The notes: a model not told the origin generated them from the sequence alone. DNA of 64,000 nucleotides from Polaribacter sp. (GCA_047615545.1 JBLHID010000001.1:8586-72585), one strand, 5' to 3'; counted from the stretch's first letter, positions 41,188 to 51,592 are shown. Program-made: numbers and translations.

Positions 41188-42726
41188 TTGTCTACTTCCA
41201 ATTCTAGGCGTAACCCCACTTTACTGGTGATTATGGACGGCTTCGGCCTGAATCCGTCACCAGAGCATAATGCCGTGTTCGAGGCAAATACCCCCAATCT
41301 GGATCGCTACTTTTCGACTTACCCTACGACAGAGCTAGAAGCGTCGGGACGTGCTATCGGTCTACCTATGGGACAAATGGGTAATTCGGAAGTTGGTCAC
41401 ATGACCATCGGCAGTGGCACGGTAGTAAAACAGGATCTGGTGCGAATCAATGATTCTATAAAAGATAAAAGTTTCTTCCAAAACTCCGCTTTCGTCGGTG
41501 CAATTGAAGCTGCCAAACGTAAAAATCGACCAATCCATTTAATGGGTTTAGTGTCTGATGGTGGTGTGCACAGCCATATCGACCATTTATTGTCGCTGAT
41601 AGATTTGTGTGCGGCACACCAAGTTGTGCCTCAAGTGCATATGATAACGGATGGCCGAGACACCAGCCAGCAAGCTGCGCTTAGCTTTATACCCTTGCTA
41701 GAAGAGCGACTGAGCAATTGCGGTGGGTTTATTGGGAGTGTCAGTGGGCGATTTTATTTGTTAGACCGCGATAGGAGATGGGATCGAGTGCAATTGGGCT
41801 GGGATGCTATTGTTGGTGCCAGTGCTGTTCAGGCCGATTCCGCGAGCGAAGCGGTGGAGCAAAGCTATGCAGCGGGTCAATTTGATGAGTTTATAAAGCC
41901 AACGCTATTGCCTAAGTTTTCACCCATTCAAGCAGGCGATGAACTGATTTTCTTCAATTTTCGAAATGATAGAACTAGAGAAATAACAGCCGCGCTGTCT
42001 AAAAATCATTTTGAGTCGGTGAATAGAGGTGAAAATTTCGTGCCAATCAAAGTCACTTGCATGACTTTATACGACGATGACTTTAATTTACCTATTGCCT
42101 TTCAACCTACCCGACCGAGCGTCACGCTGGGAGGTTTAATTAGTGATGCAGGTCGTCGTCAATTGCATTGTGCAGAGACCGAAAAGTATGCGCATGTTAC
42201 CTTCTTCTTCAATGGTGGACGCGAGGCGTGTTTTGACGGCGAAGAACACAGGCTCATCAAGTCTCCCAGAATCGCCACCTACGATTTAATGCCAGAGATG
42301 AGCGCGGCAGAAGTGACGGAGACAATGATAGCCGCATTGCAATCAAGAGAATTCGATTTTCTAGTGGTTAACTATGCAAACGGCGACATGGTCGGACATA
42401 CCGCAGTGAGAGATGCCGTTATTAAGGCCGTCGAAGTGCTAGATCATGAAGTAGGACGGCTGCTTGATGTCGCTATAGAACTCGGTTATTCAGCATTATT
42501 AACGGCAGACCACGGTAATTGTGATGAAATGGTCGACCCGAAAACTGGTGCGCCTCATACCCAACATACGCAATACCCTGTGCCCTGCATGGTTGCCGAC
42601 AAAGGTGTGGAATCGCTAGCCAGTGCTGGAAACTTGTCCGCAATTGCACCAACCGTATTGCAAATAATGGGAATACCGCAGCCGAAGGCGATGACGGGAA
42701 AGTCATTAATATTGGATGCGTGGTAG
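41188..42726 (+). CDS. gpmI: 2,3-bisphosphoglycerate-independent phosphoglycerate mutase
   Basis: 512 aa with the iPGM metal-site motifs (LLVIMDGFGLN, GNSEVGHM, MITDGRDT) and a TTG start. Confidence 0.9.
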   Translation: MSTSNSRRNPTLLVIMDGFGLNPSPEHNAVFEANTPNLDRYFSTYPTTELEASGRAIGLPMGQMGNSEVGHMTIGSGTVVKQDLVRINDSIKDKSFFQNSAFVGAIEAAKRKNRPIHLMGLVSDGGVHSHIDHLLSLIDLCAAHQVVPQVHMITDGRDTSQQAALSFIPLLEERLSNCGGFIGSVSGRFYLLDRDRRWDRVQLGWDAIVGASAVQADSASEAVEQSYAAGQFDEFIKPTLLPKFSPIQAGDELIFFNFRNDRTREITAALSKNHFESVNRGENFVPIKVTCMTLYDDDFNLPIAFQPTRPSVTLGGLISDAGRRQLHCAETEKYAHVTFFFNGGREACFDGEEHRLIKSPRIATYDLMPEMSAAEVTETMIAALQSREFDFLVVNYANGDMVGHTAVRDAVIKAVEVLDHEVGRLLDVAIELGYSALLTADHGNCDEMVDPKTGAPHTQHTQYPVPCMVADKGVESLASAGNLSAIAPTVLQIMGIPQPKAMTGKSLILDAW

Positions 42727-43010
42727 GTTAGGAAGAGCGGGCCCTGCAGCGAATTAATGAATAATTGGTAAGCCAATTGGTGTCTAATACCAAATCTAAT
42801 GCCTGGTTGCCTGGGAATCTTTATCGGGCAACGCTGGCCAGGAGCCTTTGATAACCAGGAGACAAATCCCAGCACTCTCCACTTGTTGTTAATAGTGACA
42901 AGATATGCCAGTAAGATGATGCTAAAATATCGCAGCTTTTGTTCCTAAGGGCGCCTCTAAAAATAGTGATTTTTTTTGAGTGCCACGAAGCACCGCGCGG
43001 AGAACCTGAG

Positions 43011-43079
43011 TGTACATGAAGTACATGAGGATCGACCGGGCTGGCGCACCAGCACGGAGGTTATGTACAAGATGTACGG
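43011..43079. promoter_or_regulatory. pair of TGTAC-N5-GTACA palindromes (43011-43027 TGTACATGAAGTACATG; 43064-43079 TGTACAAGATGTACGG) upstream of yebC-ruvCAB
   Basis: Two similar 15-bp inverted-repeat motifs lie ~53 bp apart in the 500-bp gpmI-yebC intergenic region. This is a candidate operator pair, not the canonical CTGT-N8-ACAG LexA box. Confidence 0.3.
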
Positions 43080-43225
43080 TATGTCGATTTTGCAGGAGCA
43101 AAAAACCGGTGACGCCGCAATCGCGGAAAAAGTGCATTTTTTAAGATGCCCTTAAAATAAGTTGACTGAGAAGTTGAGAGTAATTTTGAGACAATCCCTA
43201 GAATAGTATGATGAGGTAATTAGTA

Positions 43226-43963
43226 GTGGCAGGTCACAGTAAATGGGCAAATATCCAGCATCGGAAAAAGGCTCAAGATGCCAAGCGCGGCAAGTTATTC
43301 ACCCGGCTCATTCGCGAGATTATGGTTGGAGCGAAAGCAGGCGGGTCTGATCAAGATTCTAACCCAGGGCTTCGTGTCGCAGTTGAAAAGGCAAAATCGC
43401 AAAGTGTTCCCAAGGATGCTATAGAGCGAGCAATCAAACGAGGTGCAGGTGAACTCGACGGTGCCGATTACGAAGAAATTCGATACGAAGGTTATGGCCC
43501 GTTAGGCGTAGCATTCATTGTTGACTGCTTATCCGATAACAGAAACCGAACCGTGGCCGAAGTGCGTCACGCATTTAGTAAGTCAGGTGGTAATCTCGGC
43601 CAAAGTGGTTCAGTCGCCTACCTGTTCACCAGTATTGGTGTCTTGTTATACGCACCAGACCAAGATGAAGACTCGATCATGGAAGCAGCATTAGAAGCGG
43701 GTGCTGATGATGTTGTTGTTGCCGAAGATGGCAGTATCGAAGTGCTAACCTCGGCGGAGGAATACCTAGCGGTTAAACTGGCGATGACCGAGGCTGGACT
43801 AGAACCAGAAGAGTCAGAACTGACTATGCGTGCTGAGGTAAACGCCGAATTGAATGTCGAAGATGCTGAAAAGGTTCTGCGATTAGTCGATCTATTAGAG
43901 AGTTCGGATGATGTGCAGGAAGTCTACTATAACGCTGATATTCCCGAAGAGGCCTATGAATAA
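43226..43963 (+). CDS. yebC: YebC/PmpR-family transcriptional regulator
   Basis: 245 aa beginning MAGHSKWANIQHRK, the hallmark YebC N-terminus. It precedes ruvC as in most proteobacteria. Confidence 0.9.
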   Translation: MAGHSKWANIQHRKKAQDAKRGKLFTRLIREIMVGAKAGGSDQDSNPGLRVAVEKAKSQSVPKDAIERAIKRGAGELDGADYEEIRYEGYGPLGVAFIVDCLSDNRNRTVAEVRHAFSKSGGNLGQSGSVAYLFTSIGVLLYAPDQDEDSIMEAALEAGADDVVVAEDGSIEVLTSAEEYLAVKLAMTEAGLEPEESELTMRAEVNAELNVEDAEKVLRLVDLLESSDDVQEVYYNADIPEEAYE

Positions 43964-44008
43964 TGATGGTAGGGCTGTCGTTGGCGCTGCCTCGAAACTG
44001 TCCCACTC

Positions 44009-44533
44009 GTGATTATTCTGGGCATAGACCCCGGGTCTCGTAAAACTGGTTTCGGCTTGATCGAAAACCAACCTAATCGAATCACCTATATCCACAGTGG
44101 GTATCTCAATATAAAAGGTGACTCATTAGCCGAAAAGCTGGGACAAATATTTAGTGATATTACCGACTTGATATCTGAGTATCGACCACAGCAAATGGGT
44201 ATCGAACAAGTGTTTATGCATCGCAACGCTGATTCTGCACTCAAGCTAGGGCAGGCAAGGGGAGCTGCAATTTGCGCTGGTCATATTGCAGGGCTAGAAA
44301 TCGGCGAGTATGCTCCAAGATTAATAAAAAAAGCGCTAGTTGGAACAGGCGCAGCAAGCAAGGAGCAGGTACTGCACATGGTGCAGAGATTGTTGAATAT
44401 CAGTAAGGATCTACAGTCAGACGAAAGTGACGGGCTGGCAATCGCCATTTGTCATGCCCAATATTACGCTACCCAGAAAAAAATGGGCATTGACCCCAAA
44501 CTATTGAAGAACCGGAGAACAAGCCGCAGATGA
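44009..44533 (+). CDS. ruvC: Holliday junction resolvase RuvC
   Basis: 174 aa with a GTG start and ILGIDPGSRKTGFGL with the catalytic acidic residues. Confidence 0.9.
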   Translation: MIILGIDPGSRKTGFGLIENQPNRITYIHSGYLNIKGDSLAEKLGQIFSDITDLISEYRPQQMGIEQVFMHRNADSALKLGQARGAAICAGHIAGLEIGEYAPRLIKKALVGTGAASKEQVLHMVQRLLNISKDLQSDESDGLAIAICHAQYYATQKKMGIDPKLLKNRRTSRR

Positions 44534-45144
44534 TTGGTCGACTGACAGGTATTTTGGCAGCAAAGCGCGCGCCGCAGATATTAGTTGAATGCCAGGGTGT
44601 CGGCTACGAAGCCGATGTGTCAATGACGACTTACTATCAACTGCCTGAAGTGGGTGAACAAGTCTCGGTCTGGACTCATCTACAAATTAAGGATGATGCG
44701 CACACCCTGATAGGCTTTAAAACCGAGCAGGAACGAAAATTATTCCGCCAGTTAATCCGCGTCAATGGTGTTGGCCCAAAAATGGCGCTCACCATATTAT
44801 CCGGCACTGATAGTCGAGAATTCGCGCAGTGCGTATCACAAAATGACATTGTCACATTGACCCGACTGCCTGGTGTCGGTAAAAAGACAGCCGAGCGCCT
44901 AATTATCGAAATGCGAGACAAAGTAGGTGACTTGATCTCGGAAGATTCAGTGTATGAAGATGGCGTTTCCAGCGTAAAGAGTGCGCCATCATGCAAAAAC
45001 GAAGCGATAGAAGCGCTACAAGTATTAGGCTACAAACCCGCAGATGCAGAGAAAATGGTGAAGCAGGCAGAGCAAGCTACCGATATCGAAATGACCGCTT
45101 CGGCGCTTATCCGAAAAGCACTGCAAACCTCAGTGCAGCGATAA
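44530..45144 (+). CDS. ruvA: Holliday junction branch migration protein RuvA
   Basis: 204 aa starting MIGRLTGIL, with HhH motifs (LIRVNGVGPKMA, LTRLPGVGKKTAERL). Confidence 0.9.
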   Translation: MIGRLTGILAAKRAPQILVECQGVGYEADVSMTTYYQLPEVGEQVSVWTHLQIKDDAHTLIGFKTEQERKLFRQLIRVNGVGPKMALTILSGTDSREFAQCVSQNDIVTLTRLPGVGKKTAERLIIEMRDKVGDLISEDSVYEDGVSSVKSAPSCKNEAIEALQVLGYKPADAEKMVKQAEQATDIEMTASALIRKALQTSVQR

Positions 45145-45147
45145 CAA

Positions 45148-46173
45148 ATGAGTATGGATGAAGAGCGTTTGATTACCCCTGAAATTGTCAGCCAAGAGCT
45201 ATCACAGGACAGGGCATTGCGCCCCAAGTTACTCGATGACTATATCGGGCAACCTGAAGTTTGTGAGCAAATGGACATATTCATACAAGCCGCCAAAAAT
45301 CGTAGCGAAGCCTTAGATCACGTATTGATATTCGGCCCACCAGGTTTAGGTAAAACAACTTTGTCGCACATCATCGCCAACGAAATGCAGGTAACATTGC
45401 GCCATACCTCTGGGCCCGTGTTGGAAAAGCCTGGTGATCTTGCCGCTATATTGACAAACCTGGAGCCTCATGATGTGCTATTCATTGACGAAATTCATCG
45501 ACTGAGTCCCGTTGTAGAAGAAATACTCTACCCCGCAATGGAAGACTATCAACTCGACATCATGATCGGTGATGGCCCCGCCGCGAGATCGATAAAGCTT
45601 GATTTACCCCCCTTTACTTTGGTCGGCGCTACGACAAGAGCAGGGTCATTGACCTCCCCATTACGTGACCGATTCGGTATAGTGCAACGGCTTGAATTCT
45701 ACTCAAGCAAAGATTTGACCACGATTATTTTAAGATCCGCCGCGTTACTCGAAATAAAAATCGACCAGAGTGGCGCAACAGAAATAGCGTTACGTTCACG
45801 CGGCACACCCAGAATAGCCAACCGATTGTTACGGCGCGCAAGAGATTACGCCGAAGTGAAAGCCGATGGTGTGATATCGGATTCCATCGCGAAATTAGCG
45901 CTCGATATGTTGAAAGTCGATCGTTCAGGCCTTGATCACATGGACCGACGACTCATATTGGCGCTCATCGAAAAATTTGATGGTGGCCCAGTTGGTGTAG
46001 AGAGTCTCGCCGCCGCAATCGGCGAAGAGCGAGGTACGATTGAAGACGTCATCGAGCCTTATCTGATACAACAGGGCTTTATGATGCGAACGCCCAGAGG
46101 CCGAGTAGTGACAGCACGTGGCCATGCCCATTTTGGTTTTACTCCAAAAGGGAAAGCCGAAATTGAGCAATGA
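45148..46173 (+). CDS. ruvB: Holliday junction ATP-dependent helicase RuvB
   Basis: 341 aa AAA+ protein with Walker [11 protein letters not shown], Walker [10 protein letters not shown] and a winged helix. Confidence 0.92.
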   Translation: MSMDEERLITPEIVSQELSQDRALRPKLLDDYIGQPEVCEQMDIFIQAAKNRSEALDHVLIFGPPGLGKTTLSHIIANEMQVTLRHTSGPVLEKPGDLAAILTNLEPHDVLFIDEIHRLSPVVEEILYPAMEDYQLDIMIGDGPAARSIKLDLPPFTLVGATTRAGSLTSPLRDRFGIVQRLEFYSSKDLTTIILRSAALLEIKIDQSGATEIALRSRGTPRIANRLLRRARDYAEVKADGVISDSIAKLALDMLKVDRSGLDHMDRRLILALIEKFDGGPVGVESLAAAIGEERGTIEDVIEPYLIQQGFMMRTPRGRVVTARGHAHFGFTPKGKAEIEQ

Positions 46174-46303
46174 CTGTCGGACCGTTACTATTGAACCATT
46201 ACTATTGAACTATGATCAACAGAGCTTCATGGCGATTTAAGGCATTTGCATAAATTTGGCCACTTAGATTTAATAAGAAGACACAACTTAAGGCGAAACA
46301 CGA

Positions 46304-46978
46304 ATGAACGACCAATCCATAACAGCATTAATCGCCCATGCGAGCCTTCCAGTCCAACTGGTGCTAATTATACTGCTAATGGCATCCGTTTTTTCCTGGG
46401 CGACCATGTATGTGAAGCGAACTTATATTAAACAAAATCAGGCTGAAGCAAACGCCTTCGAGGGTCGGTTTTGGTCTGGCGTAAATCTCAGTGATTTGTT
46501 TGCTCAGCTTAGCGTTCGACAGGGAAAACGCTTCGGCCTTGAGGCTATATTCGAAAATGGTTTCCGCGAGTTTGCCCGAGCGAGAAAAGCCGAGCTGGAT
46601 ACTACGTCCATTATCGACTCGGCCCATCGAGCGATGAAAGTATCGATGGCACGAGAAATTGAATCTCTGGAGAGCAATTTGACTTTTCTCGCTACGGTCG
46701 GTTCGGTCAGTCCTTATGTGGGCTTATTCGGTACCGTATGGGGTATCATGGAGTCATTCCGAGCGCTCGCTGGTGTGCAGCAGGCGACGCTCGCGATGGT
46801 AGCTCCTGGTATATCAGAAGCGCTCATTGCAACAGCAATGGGTTTATTGGCGGCCATTCCAGCCGTCATAGGTTACAATAAATTTACAAGCGAAGTTGAA
46901 ACAATGGTTGTACGTTACGAGAATTTCCTGGAAGAGTTTACCGGTATTTTGCAACGACAGGCTCAGGATCAAAAATAA
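46304..46978 (+). CDS. tolQ: Tol-Pal system protein TolQ
   Basis: 224 aa in the MotA/TolQ/ExbB family with three TM segments, followed by tolR-tolA-tolB-pal. Confidence 0.9.
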   Translation: MNDQSITALIAHASLPVQLVLIILLMASVFSWATMYVKRTYIKQNQAEANAFEGRFWSGVNLSDLFAQLSVRQGKRFGLEAIFENGFREFARARKAELDTTSIIDSAHRAMKVSMAREIESLESNLTFLATVGSVSPYVGLFGTVWGIMESFRALAGVQQATLAMVAPGISEALIATAMGLLAAIPAVIGYNKFTSEVETMVVRYENFLEEFTGILQRQAQDQK

Positions 46979-47034
46979 GCGGGCGAGTCGACTACTTATG
47001 AATCATCAACCTTTAATAAGGACGATCAAATAAC

Positions 47035-47460
47035 GTGCCTAGGTCAAGATCACGGCGTCGAGTCATCGCCGAAATCAACGTCGTGCCCTACATCGACGTT
47101 ATGCTCGTATTGCTAATTATCTTCATGGCGACCGCACCGCTGCTCAAACAGGGTGTTGAAGTCGACCTGCCCACTGCACCAACCAATACACTCGGGAGTA
47201 GCCTTAACCCGATCATTGTCAGTGTGGATAAAGCTGGTTTAATATATATCAACGCAGGTGATGAGCGAGACACTAGTCTCGCAGCTGATGAGTTAATAGC
47301 GCAAGTTCGCTCCGCATTGGCTGAGAAACCACAGCGACCAGTGTTGATTCGTGGCGATGCCGATGGCCCCTACAACAATGTCGTGAAAATACTCGTGCTG
47401 TTGCAACAGGCGAAAGTTGGTTCGGTTGGTTTGGTGACAGAGCCAGAGGTTGTCCAGTAA
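47035..47460 (+). CDS. tolR: Tol-Pal system protein TolR
   Basis: 141 aa in the ExbD/TolR family with a single TM (INVVPYIDVMLVLLIIFM) and a GTG start. Confidence 0.88.
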   Translation: MPRSRSRRRVIAEINVVPYIDVMLVLLIIFMATAPLLKQGVEVDLPTAPTNTLGSSLNPIIVSVDKAGLIYINAGDERDTSLAADELIAQVRSALAEKPQRPVLIRGDADGPYNNVVKILVLLQQAKVGSVGLVTEPEVVQ

Positions 47461-48413
47461 TGTTTGAAGAGTTGCTGAGACATCCAAAAGCTATTGCTCT
47501 ATCGACCCTATTTCATCTCATTATGATTATCGCCATAGTGATCAATTTCCATTTTTTCGACAAGCCTAAGTTGTTACAGACGGGCGCTCCGGTTAAAGCC
47601 ATCCAAGCAAAAGTGGTTGAGGCTAACCAGCTGGATGAAAGTAAACAGAAAAAAGATACGGAAAAAGCCAAGCGACGACAAAAAGAACTGAAAAGGATCG
47701 CCCTTGAAAAAAGCGCTCTCGAAAAAATGACGAGAGAGTTAGAGCAGGAAAAAAAGAAGCAGAAAAAGGCCGAAGCGCTAAAAAGAAAGTTAAAGTTAGA
47801 GAAACAAGAGGAGCGCCTCAAGGCTCTGAAAAAAGCAGAGGCAGGCAAAAAGGTAGCCAGAGAAAAGACAGCCAGAGAAAAGACAGCCAGAGAAAAGGCA
47901 GCCAGAGAAAAGATAGCTAGAGAGATGGCAGCCAGAGAAAAGGCAAAGCAAGCCGAAGAAAAGCGGGCCGCTGATGCACTGACAAAGAAGAAGAAGGAAG
48001 AAGAAAGAATACAAGCCGAACAAACAGAGAAAAGACAGCTTGCGGAAAAGAGACGGCAAGCCGAACAAGAACAAAAACGTAAAGAAGCAGAGCTACTAGC
48101 GCAGTTTAAGGAGGAAGAATCGAATCGCCGTCTGAGCTTATTGAGGAATGAATACATCACCGCTATTAGACAGAGGGTTGAGCGTAACTGGCAGAAACCT
48201 CCGGAAAGTGTCAAAATAGAAAGCTGTGAAGTTCGAGTCCTACAAGGGCCGGGTGGCATCATACTCGACGTGACTTTTGACGCCTGTGATGGTGGCACCA
48301 ACGCTTATCGCGCATCGATAGAAAATGCAGTATACAAATCGGAGCCATTGCCACTACCTGGTGACCAAACATTATTTGAACGCGAGATAATTTTTGTATT
48401 TAGCCCTAAGTAA
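47460..48413 (+). CDS. tolA: Tol-Pal system protein TolA
   Basis: 317 aa with an N-terminal TM, a long Lys/Glu/Ala-rich helical domain II and a C-terminal TolA domain III. It sits in operon position between tolR and tolB. Confidence 0.85.
   Translation: MFEELLRHPKAIALSTLFHLIMIIAIVINFHFFDKPKLLQTGAPVKAIQAKVVEANQLDESKQKKDTEKAKRRQKELKRIALEKSALEKMTRELEQEKKKQKKAEALKRKLKLEKQEERLKALKKAEAGKKVAREKTAREKTAREKAAREKIAREMAAREKAKQAEEKRAADALTKKKKEEERIQAEQTEKRQLAEKRRQAEQEQKRKEAELLAQFKEEESNRRLSLLRNEYITAIRQRVERNWQKPPESVKIESCEVRVLQGPGGIILDVTFDACDGGTNAYRASIENAVYKSEPLPLPGDQTLFEREIIFVFSPK
47856..47945 (+). repeat. six tandem 15-bp units (GCCAGAGAAAAGACA-like) inside tolA encoding (A-R-E-K-T/A/I)n
   Basis: Read directly from the sequence: near-perfect 15-nt tandem repeats that give the AREKTAREKTAREKAAREKIAREMAAREKA stretch. 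Confidence 0.8.
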
Positions 48414-48470
48414 GAGCTAATAGGTCGCGATACCTGAAGCTAAAACACGAACAAAAGTACAATATAAATA

Positions 48471-49781
48471 ATGAATAGACTAGTTAAAATACTTATTCCA
48501 CTGCCACTTTTAATGCTGATGTTTAGCCCATTAAATGCAGCACTAACCATTGAAATCACAGAGGGTACCGAAGGCGCGCTACCGATTGCTGTGGTGCCAT
48601 TCGATACATCAAAAGTAGCATCCAAACTGTCAGCGGACATCGCTCAAATCGTAACTGACGACTTAAATCGGAGTGGCGTTTTAACCGTGCTGGCACGAAA
48701 CTCATTGCCTGCGGTGCCACATTACAGCCATCAGGTAAAATACCCAGAATGGCGAGCAGCTGAGCAGGACTATCTAGTGGTAGGGCGAGTTCTGGAAAAA
48801 AGCTTAGGGCAATATGAAATACAATTTCAATTGCTCGACGTACTAAGACAAAAGCAGCTTTTTGGTTACAGTTTTGAAACAAAAAATCAAAAGCTACGAT
48901 CCTCCGCACATGAAATAAGCGACTTAATCTATCAAAAGATAACAGGCATCAGGGGCGCTTTTGATACGCGTATAGCTTATATCAGGGCACAACGAAATCA
49001 GGGCAGGAAGTATATCTTGCAAGTCGCTGATACTGACGGCTTCAACGCACAAACGGTATTAGAGTCGGATGAACCATTAATGTCCCCTAGCTGGTCACCT
49101 GATGGCAAATCACTAGCCTATGTATCATTCGAAAACCGTCGACCTGAGATATTCATTCAGCACTTAAGTACTGCTAAGCGGAGTAAAATATCGGGTTTTA
49201 AAGGTGTTAATAGTGCGCCTAGTTGGTCACCTAATGGAAAATTCATGGCGCTGGTTTTATCTAAAGATGGAGGGCCGGATATCTATTTGATGAATGTTGA
49301 AACCAAAAATTTAACCCGGCTAACGCACCATCGTGGTATTGATACCGAACCCGTATGGAGCAGTGATGGTGAAACGATCATATTCACATCTGATCGCAGT
49401 GGCTCCCCGCAAATTTATGAAATGGCTGCTACTGGCGGAAAACCAAGTAGAATAACATTTGAAGGTGGATATAACTCAGCAGCATCGGTATCGCCGGATG
49501 GTAAATATATCGCGTTGGTGCATGGTGAGGGAGGTCAATATAAAATTGCCCAATTGGAGCTCGAAACCGGAAACTTAGTCGTGCTGACCGATAGCAGTCT
49601 GGACGAGTCTCCTTCTTTTGCACCTAACGGGAAGATGGTGTTATATGCCTCGACTCGTGGTGATAATGGCGTACTCTATGCAGTATCGGTAGATGGACGA
49701 GGAAAACACACCCTATCGGATCAAACTGGCGACATACGCGAGCCAGTTTGGGGGCCATATAAATATAAACGTAAACAATAA
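48471..49781 (+). CDS. tolB: Tol-Pal system beta-propeller protein TolB
   Basis: 436 aa with a signal peptide, an N-terminal TolB domain and repeated WD-like SPDG/SWSPDGK propeller blades. Confidence 0.9.
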   Translation: MNRLVKILIPLPLLMLMFSPLNAALTIEITEGTEGALPIAVVPFDTSKVASKLSADIAQIVTDDLNRSGVLTVLARNSLPAVPHYSHQVKYPEWRAAEQDYLVVGRVLEKSLGQYEIQFQLLDVLRQKQLFGYSFETKNQKLRSSAHEISDLIYQKITGIRGAFDTRIAYIRAQRNQGRKYILQVADTDGFNAQTVLESDEPLMSPSWSPDGKSLAYVSFENRRPEIFIQHLSTAKRSKISGFKGVNSAPSWSPNGKFMALVLSKDGGPDIYLMNVETKNLTRLTHHRGIDTEPVWSSDGETIIFTSDRSGSPQIYEMAATGGKPSRITFEGGYNSAASVSPDGKYIALVHGEGGQYKIAQLELETGNLVVLTDSSLDESPSFAPNGKMVLYASTRGDNGVLYAVSVDGRGKHTLSDQTGDIREPVWGPYKYKRKQ

Positions 49782-49797
49782 TATTAGGAGTGAAACT

Positions 49798-50403
49798 ATG
49801 AGATCATTTAGCGTCAGGAGCAAAGTATTACTTTTGTGTATCACCGCTGTGTTTATCACTGCTTGTCAGACTGGATCGGATGAGATCATTGAAGACAGCA
49901 TTACTATCGATGGTGCCGACCAATCACAACTAGAAGGTGTCGATGTCTCTATCGATGGTGTTGGCTCAGATTTAACCGCACTTGAGGGTGGTAGTGGTGG
50001 TTCCGTTGGCGCATTCGGTGTCGAGGCAGAGTCCGCCCAAGCAATGCTAGAGAAAACCGATTCTGCTATCGCTAACCGTGTTATCTATTTCCATTTCGAC
50101 AGTGCCAAAATCGTGGAGGACTCACTGAGCACGCTCGTCGCACATGGTAGCTTTATCGCTAACAATGGCAATGTTTCAGTGCGACTGGAAGGGCACAGTG
50201 ATGAACGTGGTAGTCGGGAATATAATATCGCATTGGGTGATAGACGAGCGCAGTCTGCCCGTCGAGTATTAATGTTTCAAGGCGCATCGGTTGATCAGCT
50301 AGAAACCATCAGTTATGGCGAGGAGCAGCCAGCGATGCTCGGCCATACAGACGATGCATGGTCGAAAAATCGACGAGTAGAACTTGTTTATAAAGTTAAC
50401 TAG
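49798..50403 (+). CDS. pal: peptidoglycan-associated lipoprotein Pal
   Basis: The ATG at 49798 has a TAGGAG SD. The lipobox is LLCITAVFITAC, followed by an OmpA-like C-domain (NIALGDRRAQSARRVL). The ORF-track start at 49693 overlaps tolB. Confidence 0.88.
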   Translation: MRSFSVRSKVLLLCITAVFITACQTGSDEIIEDSITIDGADQSQLEGVDVSIDGVGSDLTALEGGSGGSVGAFGVEAESAQAMLEKTDSAIANRVIYFHFDSAKIVEDSLSTLVAHGSFIANNGNVSVRLEGHSDERGSREYNIALGDRRAQSARRVLMFQGASVDQLETISYGEEQPAMLGHTDDAWSKNRRVELVYKVN

Positions 50404-50444
50404 ACAAGTTTATTAGGTTAGTTATAGGTAGGCGAATTAGATTA

Positions 50445-51434
50445 ATGAAGGCCAAGAAAATGAAAATGATGAAAACACTGTTACTAATGGCGGCACTAAA
50501 TGCCAGTCTGACATTTTCTTCGGCCGCTCAGGCTCAGGCATTCACCCCTGACCAATTAACACTGCAGGTTAAAAATCTGAATGCTCATTCGGAAAAAACA
50601 GCAGTCATGCTGGAAATGATCGATAAGGAACTCAAGTCGGTAAAGCTGCAGGTTGGTAAAGTCGAACGCTTAGTCAATAACGGAGCAATGATCGAATTGT
50701 CGCAACGACTGGATGAATTATCCTCTGAAGTGAGCCAATTAAATGGTTTGCTGGAACAGCAAAGTCACGAGCTGGCTGGTATTAAAAAAAGTCAGCGAGA
50801 GTTATACCGGGATACCGACAGACGCCTACGTGATCTGGAGAGCCGGTCCTCGCAGCAGTCCTCTGGCATGCCTAGCGTGCCTGTCGAGGTGCCGAGTTTA
50901 CCGGAAGTGAGTATACCGTCTGTTAATGTAGCTATACCGGACGCCGCCATTCAGGCCGTCGAAGCAATCGCTGAGCAATCTACGCTGCAGCAGCTTGACA
51001 GTAGCCTCTCCGGCAATACTCGAAACATCGCGTCCGGCGTTACCTCCAGTCAAGAGCAAAGCGCTTACCAGTCTGCCTTTGATACACTGAAAGAAGGGCG
51101 TTACGAAAAAGCGAAGTCAGAACTCAAAACCTTTTTGCAAAATCACGCGTACGGCAGTTTTGCCGGAAACGCACAATACTGGCTTGGTGAAGCCTATTAC
51201 GTGACGCGGGAATTTGAGCAAGGCATAAAAGAGTTTATGACAGTGCTGTCGAATTATCCGCTTAGCCTCAAAGTCCCTGATGCAATGTTAAAACTTGGCT
51301 ACACCTACTACGAATTAAAGCAATACGATCAGGCAATAATACTGCTTCAAGACTTACAAAAGCGCTACCCGAAATCGACCGCATTTAGATTAGCTGGCAA
51401 GCGATTAGATCGAATTAGAAAAGAAGGACATTAA
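50445..51434 (+). CDS. cpoB: cell division coordinator CpoB/YbgF
   Basis: 329 aa with a signal peptide, an N-terminal coiled coil and C-terminal TPR repeats (YQSAFDTLKEGRYEKA.., AQYWLGEAYY). It is the last gene of the tol-pal operon. Confidence 0.85.
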   Translation: MKAKKMKMMKTLLLMAALNASLTFSSAAQAQAFTPDQLTLQVKNLNAHSEKTAVMLEMIDKELKSVKLQVGKVERLVNNGAMIELSQRLDELSSEVSQLNGLLEQQSHELAGIKKSQRELYRDTDRRLRDLESRSSQQSSGMPSVPVEVPSLPEVSIPSVNVAIPDAAIQAVEAIAEQSTLQQLDSSLSGNTRNIASGVTSSQEQSAYQSAFDTLKEGRYEKAKSELKTFLQNHAYGSFAGNAQYWLGEAYYVTREFEQGIKEFMTVLSNYPLSLKVPDAMLKLGYTYYELKQYDQAIILLQDLQKRYPKSTAFRLAGKRLDRIRKEGH

Positions 51435-51490
51435 GCGTCGAATTTGCTTGAAATCATTAATAAGATCGGTATGATTCCCGTTCCTTTTCA

Positions 51491-51566
51491 GGGCCGTTAG
51501 CTCAGTTGGTAGAGCATCTGACTTTTAATCAGGGTGTCGAGCGTTCGAATCGCTCACGGCCCACCA
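51491..51566 (+). tRNA. tRNA-Lys (anticodon UUU)
   Basis: 76 nt, GGGCCGTTAGCTCAGTTGGTAGAGCATCTGACTTTTAATCAG...CGGCCCACCA. It has a 7-bp acceptor stem, an anticodon loop CUUUUAA and encoded CCA. It follows cpoB as lysT does in E. coli. Confidence 0.92.
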
Positions 51567-51592
51567 TTTTCTCTATATATTCAATAGTTTAT

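Noticed and set aside
42922-43137. 71-aa minus-strand ORF in the gpmI-yebC spacer
   Set aside because: It overlaps the palindromic motif region and has no ribosome-binding site or homology. It is more likely non-coding regulatory DNA or a small RNA than a protein.
47513-48301. 262-aa minus-strand ORF, and a nested 92-aa ORF at 47796-48074, rich in Ser, Phe, Leu and Cys
   Set aside because: This is an antisense artefact of the low-complexity Lys/Glu/Ala-coding tolA repeat region. tolA on the plus strand is well supported by operon context.
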